Of a DNA stretch of 64,000 nucleotides, positions 53,005-64,000 are shown piece after piece (position 1 is the stretch's first letter; every line of letters starts with the position of its first letter). A model generated the notes under the pieces. That model searched no databases and was not told where the DNA came from. It saw only the letters and a program-made list of their open reading frames with translations. The stretch is from Antedon mediterranea (taxonomy: Eukaryota; Animalia; Echinodermata): assembly GCF_964355755.1 (NCBI RefSeq), contig NC_092677.1, positions 12,670,101-12,734,100 on the forward strand. The letters run 5' to 3'. The position numbers and the translations under genes were made by a program.

Positions 53005-53522
53005 CATGAAGCAGACGACAGAAGAAAATGAAGCAGACGGAAGAAGAAGAATGAAGCAGATGACAGAGAACAAAATGAAGCAGACGAATGAGAACAAAAT
53101 GAAGCAGACGACAGAGAACAAAATGAAGCAGACGACTGAGAACAAAATGAAGCAGACGACAGAGAACAAAATGAAGCAGACAAAATGAATCAGATGACAG
53201 AGAACAAAATGAAGCAGACGACAGAGAACAAATGAAGCAGACGATCGAGAACAAAATGAAGCAGACGGCAGAAGAAAAATGAATTAGACAACAGAGAAAA
53301 AATTTAGCAGAAGCAGACGAAAGAGAAAAAAATGTAGCAGACGTCAGTGAACAAAATGAATTTAACAACACAGAACAAAATGAAGCAGAAAACACAAATA
53401 AATTGAAGATGAGAGAGAAAAAATGAAGCAGATGACAGAGAAAAAATGTAGCAGACGCCGGAGAAAAAAATGCTGATGGAGGAGAAGAGAAAAAATGCAT
53501 GATGAAGAATAAGATGAAGCAA
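53005..53522. repeat. Purine-rich minisatellite with ~24-bp unit (GAGAACAAAATGAAGCAGACGACA)
   Basis: About 20 tandem units that decay to the right. These explain the overlapping ORFs at 52925-53522. Confidence 0.93.
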
Positions 53523-54880
53523 ACTACAGTAATTTATAACTGTTACGTTTATACATTGTCACTTTTCAGACAATAATGATGTTTAATGTCACATTAAGTT
53601 TTGTCTAGTCACCTTTCAATAGTTGTTAATGCAATAGTCTAGGTTGTTTTAAACCTAATTTGTCAATTCATAAGCAAAACTAACATATTCAACTTGAGAA
53701 ATAACTATTGAAGTGACTAATTTGATTTTAATCTTTTTTTCACCTTTTGAAAATAGGTTTGAGGCCCAGTGTCAGAAGGTTGTAAACAGTGTTGCACCAA
53801 ACTTCAACAAATATCAAGCAATGGTAATGTTTTAAAAAACATTAAGTGTACCCTTGATTATCCGATTGGTTTATTTTGTAATGCCATTCGATATTAGTTC
53901 TACTGCAAAGTAAAAGGTCAATTTATCGGTTCTATTACATGGTTCTATTGCATTTTCAATCAAAATTTGTGCCATGTTGTACTCTGTGACCAGCTAAATT
54001 GTGAGGGCTGCCATTTTTGGCTTGTCTCATCTATGTAAACTCCAACATTCATTTAAGATGGAAGCAATGGCTTTTTAATTGAATAAAAGTTTACTTTAGA
54101 ACAGAAGATGTCTTACAAAAGGTCTATAAGAGTTAAAAAAATTTTTCTCACTATTCAACTTATAAAAATGTATTATTATTTGTATGAATGGTCCACAGAT
54201 TACTTAATGGAAGCTGACAACAAATAACCTACGTAATATGAAGTTTTTTTTATCAGAAAATGTAACTTTTATGTAATTATTATTAAGCTGTCAAAAATGT
54301 AAGGGGTAAAAACAGTCAAGATCAGGGGACACAAATCAAATTCTCTTCATCATAATACTTGTCATTATAAAGATTTGACAACTTGGTAGTGCTATTGGGG
54401 ACATGTCACCCTTTACAACCCCTTGCGTTATCAACAACCCACGAAAACATACCATACACAGATATTGTGGATTTCTTTCTAATCAAAATTACCTTCCATC
54501 GAATATCAGATTGATCTCCGACATATTATGATTGTAAATGTGAATGTTAAAATTAGCGTTGATACCTGTTTGAAGACAGTTGTGTACTCATTAAGATTCC
54601 CAGGGGCCTCTTATATAGCACTCCACTTTCCTTCAAACCAATATCAACGTATAATTTTGAATTGGACTGTGGCATTAACTAATAAAGCTATTATTATAGA
54701 TACAGTCCAACTAAATTAAAGTTTTAAGAAAAAAAAAAACCAAAATAAATCAAACATGACATATGTTTTGATTTTTGACCCATTTATTTTGTATTTAAGT
54801 ATGGGTGTGTCTCCAATAAAAGACCGCTTTTGAAACAAATGTTCTATTATAGTGGTCTTAATGGTTTTTATCAAACTTAC

Positions 54881-54970
54881 CTCAAATCTGGTATCATTTT
54901 GGTCAAGTAATTTTAATTTTTCAATCAATTTTGCATTTACTGTTTCCAATTGGCAGATACGATTTTCAAA
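54881..54970 (-). CDS. Internal 90-nt exon of the coiled-coil gene (FENRICQLETVNAKLIEKLKLLDQNDTRFE)
   Basis: Strong acceptor ccttttttttttacag| and consensus donor GAG|GTAAGT. It is phase 0/0 and joins in frame to the exon starting at 48502 (...DTRFE-VLNQQMEK...). Confidence 0.85.
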
Positions 54971-56027
54971 CTGTAAAAAAAAAAGGAAATACATTTTTTG
55001 TTTATTAAAAAAGACTTTTTGTTATATTTTATTTCATTTTATTGCTGCAAGTTCTATACTTCAAAAAGTAACTTAATATCAAACATGGTTATATATGTTG
55101 TTTTAGGGGAAGCCACTTTTATCGATATTGCATTTCCCCACGGAAAATAAATAGTGTGTACATAGATCCACACAGACTAAAGTAGTCCCCACGGATTTGA
55201 GGTGGTCGTGCATGATTGAACACAGTCAAATGACCAGGAAATCACAGTAAATAAAATGATGAAAAGTGCCGCTTTGTGCGACCGATACTGTCGTAATAAA
55301 ATACACAAAAAAAACACGTTTTGTTATAGTTAATAAGGGGAAATGAGACACGAAAACAACAGAGGGTGCTATACAAGCATTCTTATCAGTAAAAAACATT
55401 TGTTTGAAATTTAAATTCATAAATTTTTATATATATTATTAATGTATTTAAGTTTAAGTTTATAATGATTAAAAATATACATTTAAAATCATGATAATCT
55501 ATTAAAATAACTTAATTTTAACATTAAAAAACCAAGGATACTACACATGTAGTTTCTAAAAATCATAAATTCATGTCAGAGATTTACTATCAATTTCTGG
55601 TTGCCAACTATAAATATGAAAGAATTTTTAATGGGGGCATATGTTGTTGACAGTTATATGATATCATTATGATGGAAATTCAATCAGAATCAATTAGAAG
55701 GTATTTGTGTGAAATGACATAACATCATCTGGGGGTAAAAATGTTTTTTTATACGTTTGTCGTGGTTCATTTGGATGACATCGTATTAAGATCTTTGATG
55801 CATTTTGACAAGATCTGGGTAAAATCACTTTACAAAATCGTTAAAACACATCAATCAAAAAAGCAATCAATCACGTTGTATTGTGTGCCACATATTCATA
55901 AAGTTCTCAACATCATAATTGTACGAAAAATGACTTTATATACTGTTTATATCAATGGTTTATCAATGGATTTAAAACGAAATTTAACCAGACAAAAACA
56001 GAATGAAAAGTAGCCAATGCTTTCTAA

Positions 56028-56148
56028 AGCTAGTTCCGACAAAAAAAGTGTGATAATATGCCCATGGTAGTAAAATGACATCATCATGTCCATATATGGA
56101 CACATCACATTTTTTTGTCACATAAGGTTTGATAGTGTAGACAGAACT
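56028..56148. mobile_element. MITE family A copy 6 (left TIR partly deleted)
   Basis: taa|agctagtt...gacatcatcatgtccatatatggacacatcac...gtttgatagtgtagacagaact|tta. Confidence 0.85.
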
Positions 56149-57179
56149 TTAACAAAAGTTCATTATGAGGTTGTGGTACTGTTTTTGACAAGAGTTTAGA
56201 TTATTTTCTAGTTGGAAAAGAATCAAGTTTGTCTGATATTACTTTTCAATTACTAATTTTGCATTTAAATATAGATAAACAGAATGTGACTCATAAGCCA
56301 TTAGATAGAATGTTGATAATAATCACTTATTTCAACACAATTACTCATTATAGCACAAAAGAATATAAGAACAATCAACTACAGTCCGCCTTTATGCATT
56401 AATATACTTCACACATAAATACAAACTTTGTCTCACTACCTGATATATCAAGCAAAAAGATTAATGAAAAGGATTTAAATTTACGAGGCAACAACCAATG
56501 ACCGACTAAATTACAAATTGTTAATTAATTGTGTGCGACTATGTGCACTCCAACAACACAGTGGGTCGTGTTAAATCTTTCATTGAATTTACGGTAAAAA
56601 AGAAAATTAAGTTGGTTAATAGAATTACCGTTAACAACTTAAATGCTCAGTTGTACATGGAAAATTAATATAAAGAATAATTTAATTTAAAATTTTATTA
56701 TGATAGGCAAAAGTAATTAAATTTAAAATAGTAAAGATGTACAAGGAGATGAAATTGGTTCAAACAAACACCAGTCCCTCTTAAGGACTTGAAGTGACAC
56801 AGACCATATTTGTACCTCTGTAACATCTCAAAACCACCAATAAGAAGCAGAACACTAGACTAACCCGATCAATTATCAGTTTAAAAATTGATTCACAATT
56901 GAAAAGATCGCTTTATAAATTAATACGCAAACTATGGAAGTTTAATGTATTGTACTGCGCTATTAAATTTCCTAACTTGGTCAACGAAGCTTATGAATAG
57001 CGGCTTAATATGATTGGATTTCAATCGAGCTAAGGGTGAGTCTGCCGGTATTATCGCTTATAAACAACTTCCTCCCGGGTAAGTAGACCAGAAGGTCATG
57101 TGACAGTCAGGTGACGGCTTTATCATGATAGATTCATTTAGACTCAGTGTGTTTTTTTTTTTCGTTTTTTTTCCTTCAG

Positions 57180-57207
57180 TTGTTCCTGTATATCAATCAA
57201 CGGGCAG
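57180..57207 (+). other. Candidate 28-nt exon antisense to the coiled-coil gene intron
   Basis: Long polypyrimidine tract ending ttccttcag|, donor CAG|GTAAGG, and an upstream donor GG|GTAAGT at 57079. Confidence 0.35.
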
Positions 57208-58031
57208 GTAAGGACGTGAGTAATTGTGGGATACAACTGTTTATTAAAGGTAAAAATGTCTCTTGATGGTATATTTAACGCGACTTCCCTAGTGGCTATT
57301 GTTAATAGTCTATTATGGTCAGTCTCATAGGGTATTGTTCCGGTCTGGCAGAAGTGTTACATTGGTGGACAAATGTTTCAGTTTTATATTAGGACAATTT
57401 TGTTGGACTGTCTCTAGGTGTCCAAGTATCTTTTAAACAAATGTCAGATGGCTGTTTTAAGGAAGTCTACCGTAATATGGGTATTTTCATTAATCTTTAG
57501 TCTTCTCCAAAATGTTCTGATATTGTTGAAGTCTACTGCAACATGGTGATTGAGACAAATGACCACTGCTTTACCCACTTTTATTGGTTGCATTGAATTC
57601 AAAGTTAGCCAATGGTAGTTACTCTAATAACTCCAATGCAATATTTTCCACCACCACCTTTCGAAAATCTTTAAAATTCTGTTTTCATCATTGTAACAAA
57701 ATTATGTCTAACTAATTTCTGATATGGGTTATGTCTTGTCCCGATATCCAGGTGTTTAAAGACCTTCGATGACATCAGATGTCTATCCTTAATTAGCATA
57801 ATTCGTTGTTATTCATCAGTAGACAAAAACCCACCTGCGAGGGATAAAATTAATAAGTATGGGGTCAAATTTGCTGGTTCTGGTCCAGTACTCAAAGTTA
57901 AATGAGATGAGAGACAAGGTCATGCATGCCAGTGATATACCTAGTCATTAAAAAAAAACAGTAGTGATTTTTAACTTGCGCTTTTCATTTAGTGGGTCAC
58001 AAATGACTACGAACAGTCTTACTCTATCTCA

Positions 58032-58131
58032 AGCACTGTCTACAATAGATATCCATATTTGGGCATATCAGTACCATATTTGGGCATATCACATTTTTGT
58101 TCACATAAAGTTTGATAGTGTAGACAGAGCT
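58032..58131. mobile_element. MITE family A copy 7 (internally deleted)
   Basis: agcactgtctaca...ccatatttgggcatatca x2...cataaagtttgatagtgtagacagagct|tta. Confidence 0.85.
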
Positions 58132-59035
58132 TTAGGTCTGTCTTGCCTAATAAATGTAACTTATTATTATAAATAGGAATACTTTCTGATAAATTTAAAT
58201 GGCTGACAAAATGACCAACAATCAAATCTACTAACTACTTTTTATCTCGTACACTAGTATGGGAAAACATACAGACCGGCTGTCACATACAACACATATG
58301 ACTTTTTAGGAACCAACACATTCATTCAACAAATATATTTCTCTATGTTAATTTATTCTGTCTAATTCTCCCACCGGAAGATGACAAAACATAAGCCAAA
58401 TTGAATAGTGAATACTTCTTTATCTTAAATCTCATCTGGTTAGGATTTTCTCTCGAAAGCCCGTCACAATTTGTATAAAAAAACAGGAAGCGTACGCGAA
58501 CAAGCATAGATCAAAGAGACAGATAACAAACAACCACCTGTCCGAGAACATCAAGAAATTAAACCAATTGGGATGATTAAGATTCTACTACTTCATAAAA
58601 AAATTAAAGCTTTAAACTTCAACACGGTTAATAATAATATAAGGTATTTATGTAACACACATTGATGAGGCCATACTGTATAGCGAACGCACGTGTATGC
58701 GAGGAGATAAATGTCCATGTGTGATTTAGTGACTACGTGAGATTAAATCAAATTAAAAAAGTGGAAATTTTGTGTCACGTTCAAATAAAAATTTATTGGG
58801 AAATGTGTAAAGGGCGCATTGTAAAATAAAATCCCATCAAATTATCGTGACAAACGACGATGCCAAAACAATGGCTGCAAAAACCATACAAGATAGAAAA
58901 AAAATAGATATTATTGTAATTAAACAAACTGCCAATTTATTGAATATTTATGGTTTAAAAATCGCATTGCAATGCATATGAATACGTTGGTATATTTTTA
59001 ATCTACGACATGGGAGTAAAGAGTAAACCAAGCAA

Positions 59036-59184
59036 AGCAAGCTTTTGTTTTTGATGTTAGACGAAGAAGGACAATAGTTTAATGGACCGTGCTGTTTGGA
59101 ACATGAATTCCGTCATTGTTGAACAACCATCACGGCCTGTTAAAACCTCCGCCTTCATCTAACATCCCAAAACGAAAACTCGCT
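59036..59184. mobile_element. Old imperfect fold-back/MITE (~150 bp)
   Basis: Left arm agcaagcttttgtttttgatgttagacgaag... aligns with the reverse complement of the right arm, agcgagttttcgttttgggatgttagatgaag.... Confidence 0.65.
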
Positions 59185-61291
59185 ATTAGCTAACATCAGT
59201 ACAGTATGTATTGTAGATTATTTAAGAATATATAACATAACAGTTGTATAGTAAAATACGAGAAGACAAATGTAGGACCGATAAATCGTACGTGTGCGAT
59301 TTAATTACTCTACTGGAGATGGGCCAGAGTGGGCTTAAAAATCACCATGGGCTTAGACCATGTCATAGTTGAAGGGGCCTGTTTAAGTGTGTCTCAAGCC
59401 ATCTCCTTTTATTGGTGAAATCATGAATGACTAAACAGTGTCATATGTTTGATGAACATTAACAAATGTTAATCATACATTTCAACATAATGTATTTTGT
59501 GAAGACAACTAAATCAAAACATATTTAATCATTAAAACCTTATCAAATATTTTGACATTCTCAACAGAAAAATGTCATCTCTCAATTCTATAAAAAAAAT
59601 TACATGACTTGGTTTATACAATTAAAATTAAACCCATACTGACATTGAACGTATTTTTTATTGTACTTTAACGAATTAGCAGACATATATATTTATCTCT
59701 GTTTAATTTATTATTCTAAAGATACATTTAAAATTAGGGCGCACGTTCCTGCCTCACGTTTCTACTTGCTTCGCTATATTAAGTTTCCTTATACTTCTCA
59801 ACCCAAGAGATTGTCCTATTTTTCTGCAAGCGTCTTAAAACACCTAATGTGAACCGTACTTGTAGGCTGCTGCGACTTAATTATCTTCGTGATTCATGCT
59901 TTTAGAAAAGCATGTGTCCATCAAACATGGATGGATTGATTGAGCAGGCATTAACTAGAATCTCAGTTTTAACCGAGAACTTGACATTTAAAGATGTGTT
60001 TTTTTTGTTTTCTTTAATCAATTTTGGATTTTTAAAAAGCATTTAGAACGATGAAAATGTTAGAAATGTTTATGGAGAAAGGAACAGGCTTTAGTGGTTT
60101 AGTATAACAGGCAACTGAAACAGGTTTAAATATGCCAATGTACAATTGGGTATCTTTAATTTACATTATATTATTACAGTATACACTATTGTATAGTAAA
60201 GATCTTGAATCAAAGATAAATAAACTCAAACTTTGAATTGACGAAAGTTATTCATGTTTGCAAAAAACAATTCACAAAAAAATAGGTACAGTTGTGTATT
60301 TTGTATTATGGTTTTATCAGGCATATATACTTTTGTCTAATTTTTGGTAGAAAATAATGATAAATTAAACATTAAAATGGCTTAAATCAACAAAATTTTA
60401 TTTTTCCAGGGGACCTACAGTAGGACATGTGACATGACGCACCTAATAAGGAATCAGTCGATAACAGATGACTATGTGACAATAAACTCAATCACCATTG
60501 GATAATTAGGACAAGTCAGCTGGTCCGAAATTTTGGACAGGTTCTGTAATGTTACACAGGAACAGAGTTTAAAAATTGCAAAATCATCTTCATATTAAGT
60601 TTTTAGATTTAAATTTCATAATAGTTTAGAATTAATGGGCTGCCTAGGGATAAATATGTTGAATGAGGGGACGTCAAAATGCAGTCAGTTATTATTGAAT
60701 GTAATCATTCTTGATAAGAAAAAGTATGATTAGTGTAACATTTTAATACTATTATAAAAATTATAACTGAAGAGGAATCTATAAAAATAGATATTTTTGG
60801 TATGTCCTATTAGATACAATAGTAAAACAATTCACATGGTCTGTTTTTTTATTTTTTATTTTGTGACTCATTCTGATAACGGCATAATTTTATAATTTTA
60901 CCAAAGGTTTTGGTATAATGAAAAAATGTAGTTTTAAAAAGGCTATTCACAGTGTACAGTAGTTGGTTGGTGGTTGTTCCTGAAATTACTTGTTCATTAA
61001 TAATTCTGCACGATGCAAACCTTCAAACAATATTCAATTAGAGGAATTTGACAGAATTTTAAATTGTATTATAATTGTACATCATTTTCATTTAACGTAC
61101 GCAAGAGACTGCTGTAAAATAATTCACTGTTTATCGGGGATGCGAGAAGTGGAAAACATGTCTAATTCAATCGCATATATACCCAAGATATGTGCACAGA
61201 AAATGGTACACTGATGTCATCCAAGTAAAGTAATTAAACAATTAGTGACATGGCTGACAGGAAAATGGCAGAAATACGTGTCTTTGCTCAC

Positions 61292-61316
61292 CTCCGCGAC
61301 AGCTGTTCGTAGGCAC
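61292..61316 (-). CDS. Candidate 25-nt microexon of the coiled-coil gene (..CLRTAVAE)
   Basis: aatcttccacag|GTGCCTACGAACAGCTGTCGCGGAG|gtgagc. It is GC-rich and open in the frame that continues into FENRICQ. Confidence 0.45.
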
Positions 61317-62054
61317 CTGTGGAAGATTGGGTATAGTCCAAATCATAACATGAAAAACAATTTGTAATGTTTGTCGTTAAATGTTATGTGATGGCAGATG
61401 AATGTAAACTTGACTTGTCACCGCTTATTCGTAGATACCAGAGTCAATTTCAAGAGAGAGGGGAGAGTGGGTATTGCTGATAAGAATAAAAACTTCTCTG
61501 TAACCCTCAAACTATTCCTAAACGGGACAAATTTAGACAATTTGGACCAAGGTATTTGATTCCTATGATACCATAATTAATCTTAAACTGAAAATCTACA
61601 GTATGATTTATCAGAACTTGAGAGGATTTAGAAATTCAATTCTTCATTTATGGAGTAAACTACACTATATAAAACTATACATCTTTTTCAATCTCATTAC
61701 TAAAACTCTAAGAAGTTACAACAAGCTTTATTTGGTAAAAGAATGCAAAAACAAAATTTTGTCCAAACAGCGAAGAGAGTAGTGACAATGTCCACACAAC
61801 GAAAGTGTCTGGGATGTGCTTTAACGAACATCTGTACTTAAATTCACATGGGACAAATACCACCTTTAAAATTAAAAAATACGATAAACCTATTCATCGC
61901 TCAGTGAGGATATCCATGTGACCGAAGGGCTTACAAGGGTAGTCTGGGACATTTACGTATGAACACCTGTACTTTACTTGACGTGGGATTTGTATTCAAC
62001 CAGATCGTACATGACAAACTTGTGGAAATTGGCACATTTGGTTTGTTCTCATAC

Positions 62055-62099
62055 CTAGTCTTCTTCCTTCTCACTCTTCACCAATAATAAACTCATGAC
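62055..62099 (-). other. Candidate 45-nt non-coding (5' UTR) exon
   Basis: aatttcag|GTCATGAG...GAAGACTAG|gtatga. It is purine-rich and has stops in all three frames. Confidence 0.25.
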
Positions 62100-62971
62100 C
62101 TGAAATTAACGACATCCTCATGTTGCGACATTACTATTTTAGGGGTACGTTGTTTTCATAGTCTAAATTTATGTACACGGCTGTGAGATGTATTTCCATA
62201 ACAAACATGAAAGCAAACCATTAGTAGTAAATGGTTGGGTAACAAAATGTTAAAAAGTCTGTTCCATAAAGTTTTTTTTTTTTGTTCCTTCAATTTGTTT
62301 TTCAGTTGTAAATGTAAATTTAAAATCAGTATTGAAAGACCAGGCAAAATAAGCAGAAAATTAGTAGACGGAAAATAAAGAGGATAAAATAATAGTAGAT
62401 CTCTGGCAACATTATTTTAAGATTTGTTTGTTTTGTTATTGAGTGCGAATGTATACTAGGGATGATTAACACTCAAGCAAAGGAATAGCATGAAAAAAAA
62501 GCAGTAATCAACGGCAGTAATTAGTAAGTGATTGAATAAATCAAGGTAGAAATTTATCAGAAACAGAACAATTACTGAGATTATGTTTACAAAAGATTCA
62601 CAACCTTCAGAAGACTAATAACGATTTTAACACTACACTAGCCTAGAGAATTAAGTTTTAAAATCCCTGACGTAGAAAAACAATAGAGGAAAAACAATAG
62701 ACAGTGGAGTGAAGGAGATATTTTAGTAAAATGCATCTACTTTAACAGCGTAAATTAAAACTCAATAAGAAAAACAAAGCGGGATTACAGCATGAAGGAC
62801 AATAATAACATGAGATCTTTAATAGTGAATTAATCCTTAAATCGTATGGTTAGAAAAACAAAGCATGGAATATAATAGCTGGTAGAGAGGGAAGCTCCAC
62901 TAATGCATAGATTAATCAACAATTAACAAAATAATAGTAAACACAACGAGTAGTGTTGATTGTCTTGGTAA

Positions 62972-63077
62972 AGCTTGGTTCCCACTTAAGACATACCACA
63001 AAATTTGACCAATCACAACGCAATGGATCATCCTAACTGTCGTTTGTGATTGGTCAACTCACTTGCGTTGTGCATAC
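62972..63077. mobile_element. MITE family B-related partial copy
   Basis: taa|agcttggttcccact followed by the internal inverted repeat tgaccaatcacaa...ttgtgattggtca. Confidence 0.75.
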
Positions 63078-63579
63078 AAAGGAGTGTCTTTAAAATTTCC
63101 AGAAGTATTTTGTAATAAGAATGAAGAACTTGGTCCATAAAAACAGGTCCAATCAGTCAAAAGGGTGGCTGAAAAAGGTGGGACCCAAAACACAAGTTAC
63201 TAGGCAGTGGCTTTTAAAATGTTAGGATCATTGGCTTAATGTCCTTTCTGAAGGACATAGCAATGACCGTATGTTACCGTGTAGAACTATGGGCGCGTTT
63301 ATACAACACGCTATTACACGCATATTCTACACGCCTACGAGAAGTGTGTTGTATAACAACAAAGAGATTCCGTGTAATGAGATTTTAATTGCAAAAAAGG
63401 CTACTTGGCTGAATCCTAAAATTTGGTGGATTCCGTTACCGTGTTGGAAGTGTCCTCAGGGTATATTTTGACCTCTCGTTAAAACAGGTCGTAATATCAA
63501 TCTTGTCATGCGACGTTGCTAACAAGATTGGGCCCATTTATTGCTGCTTCGCTGCCAGCAATCCTCCTACCACGTCTTA

Positions 63580-63752
63580 AGCGTGGTTCCCACTAGCGAC
63601 GCAACACAAGTACGTAACGCAAACGCAAGTGAATTGACCAATCACAATCGATGGCTTATTTGCTTGTGATTGTCTATAACTTCGCTTGTCATTGGTTAAA
63701 ACGCTTGCGTTGCGTTTACGTCCTTGTGTTACGTTCTATTGGGAACCAAGCT
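63580..63752. mobile_element. MITE family B, most complete copy (PIF/Harbinger-like)
   Basis: tta|agcgtggttcccactag...ctattgggaaccaagct|tta, showing TIRs, a TTA duplication and a largely palindromic interior (acgcaaacgcaag / cttgcgttgcgt). Confidence 0.9.
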
Positions 63753-64000
63753 TTATGCCTAGCCTAGTGGGGCCAACTCGTAGTGGTAGTAGGCCTCTAT
63801 CGTTTCCCACTCCAAACAGAATAAAAAATAACATCGCAAAAATGGCATCTTCTTCCATAGTGTATAGATGAAACAATGAAACCCTTAAAATAACTTTTAT
63901 TAATTTAAATGAACCGAGAACAAAATAAACAACAATGCAAACGTGAACGAATACAATAATGAAAATGGTAAAAACCGCGCGAATACATCGGACAGCGAGG

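Noticed and set aside
52925-53522. 191-aa hydrophobic ORF and companions
   Set aside because: They are a product of the 24-bp minisatellite.
57250-57800. Possible decayed coding sequence on the minus strand (GGG-containing motif, DFRKVVVENIALELLE)
   Set aside because: There are multiple stops in the frames examined and no recognisable domain, so it cannot be supported without BLASTX.

Overview
This is AT-rich (roughly 30% GC by eye) eukaryotic genomic DNA. It is almost certainly from an invertebrate animal: the SINE and MITE repertoire looks like a marine deuterostome such as an echinoderm, but that is inference. The window is mostly non-coding. The only well-supported protein-coding gene is a minus-strand, multi-exon coiled-coil gene. 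It has a 753-nt last coding exon (47750-48502) and a 90-nt exon (54881-54970) joined in phase 0, plus a candidate 25-nt microexon (61292-61316). The remainder is introns or intergenic DNA containing many short non-autonomous transposons: seven copies of one PIF/Harbinger-like MITE, three copies of a second, a 1.2-kb TIR element with an unusual 6-bp target-site duplication, a nested fold-back element, and tRNA-derived SINEs. There are also mini- and microsatellites and many CpG- and homeobox-motif-rich patches that may be enhancers. Nearly all ORFs in the supplied track are low-complexity or chance ORFs. No rRNA, intact tRNA, CRISPR array or autonomous transposase was found, and I cannot support a clearly new biological system from sequence alone.
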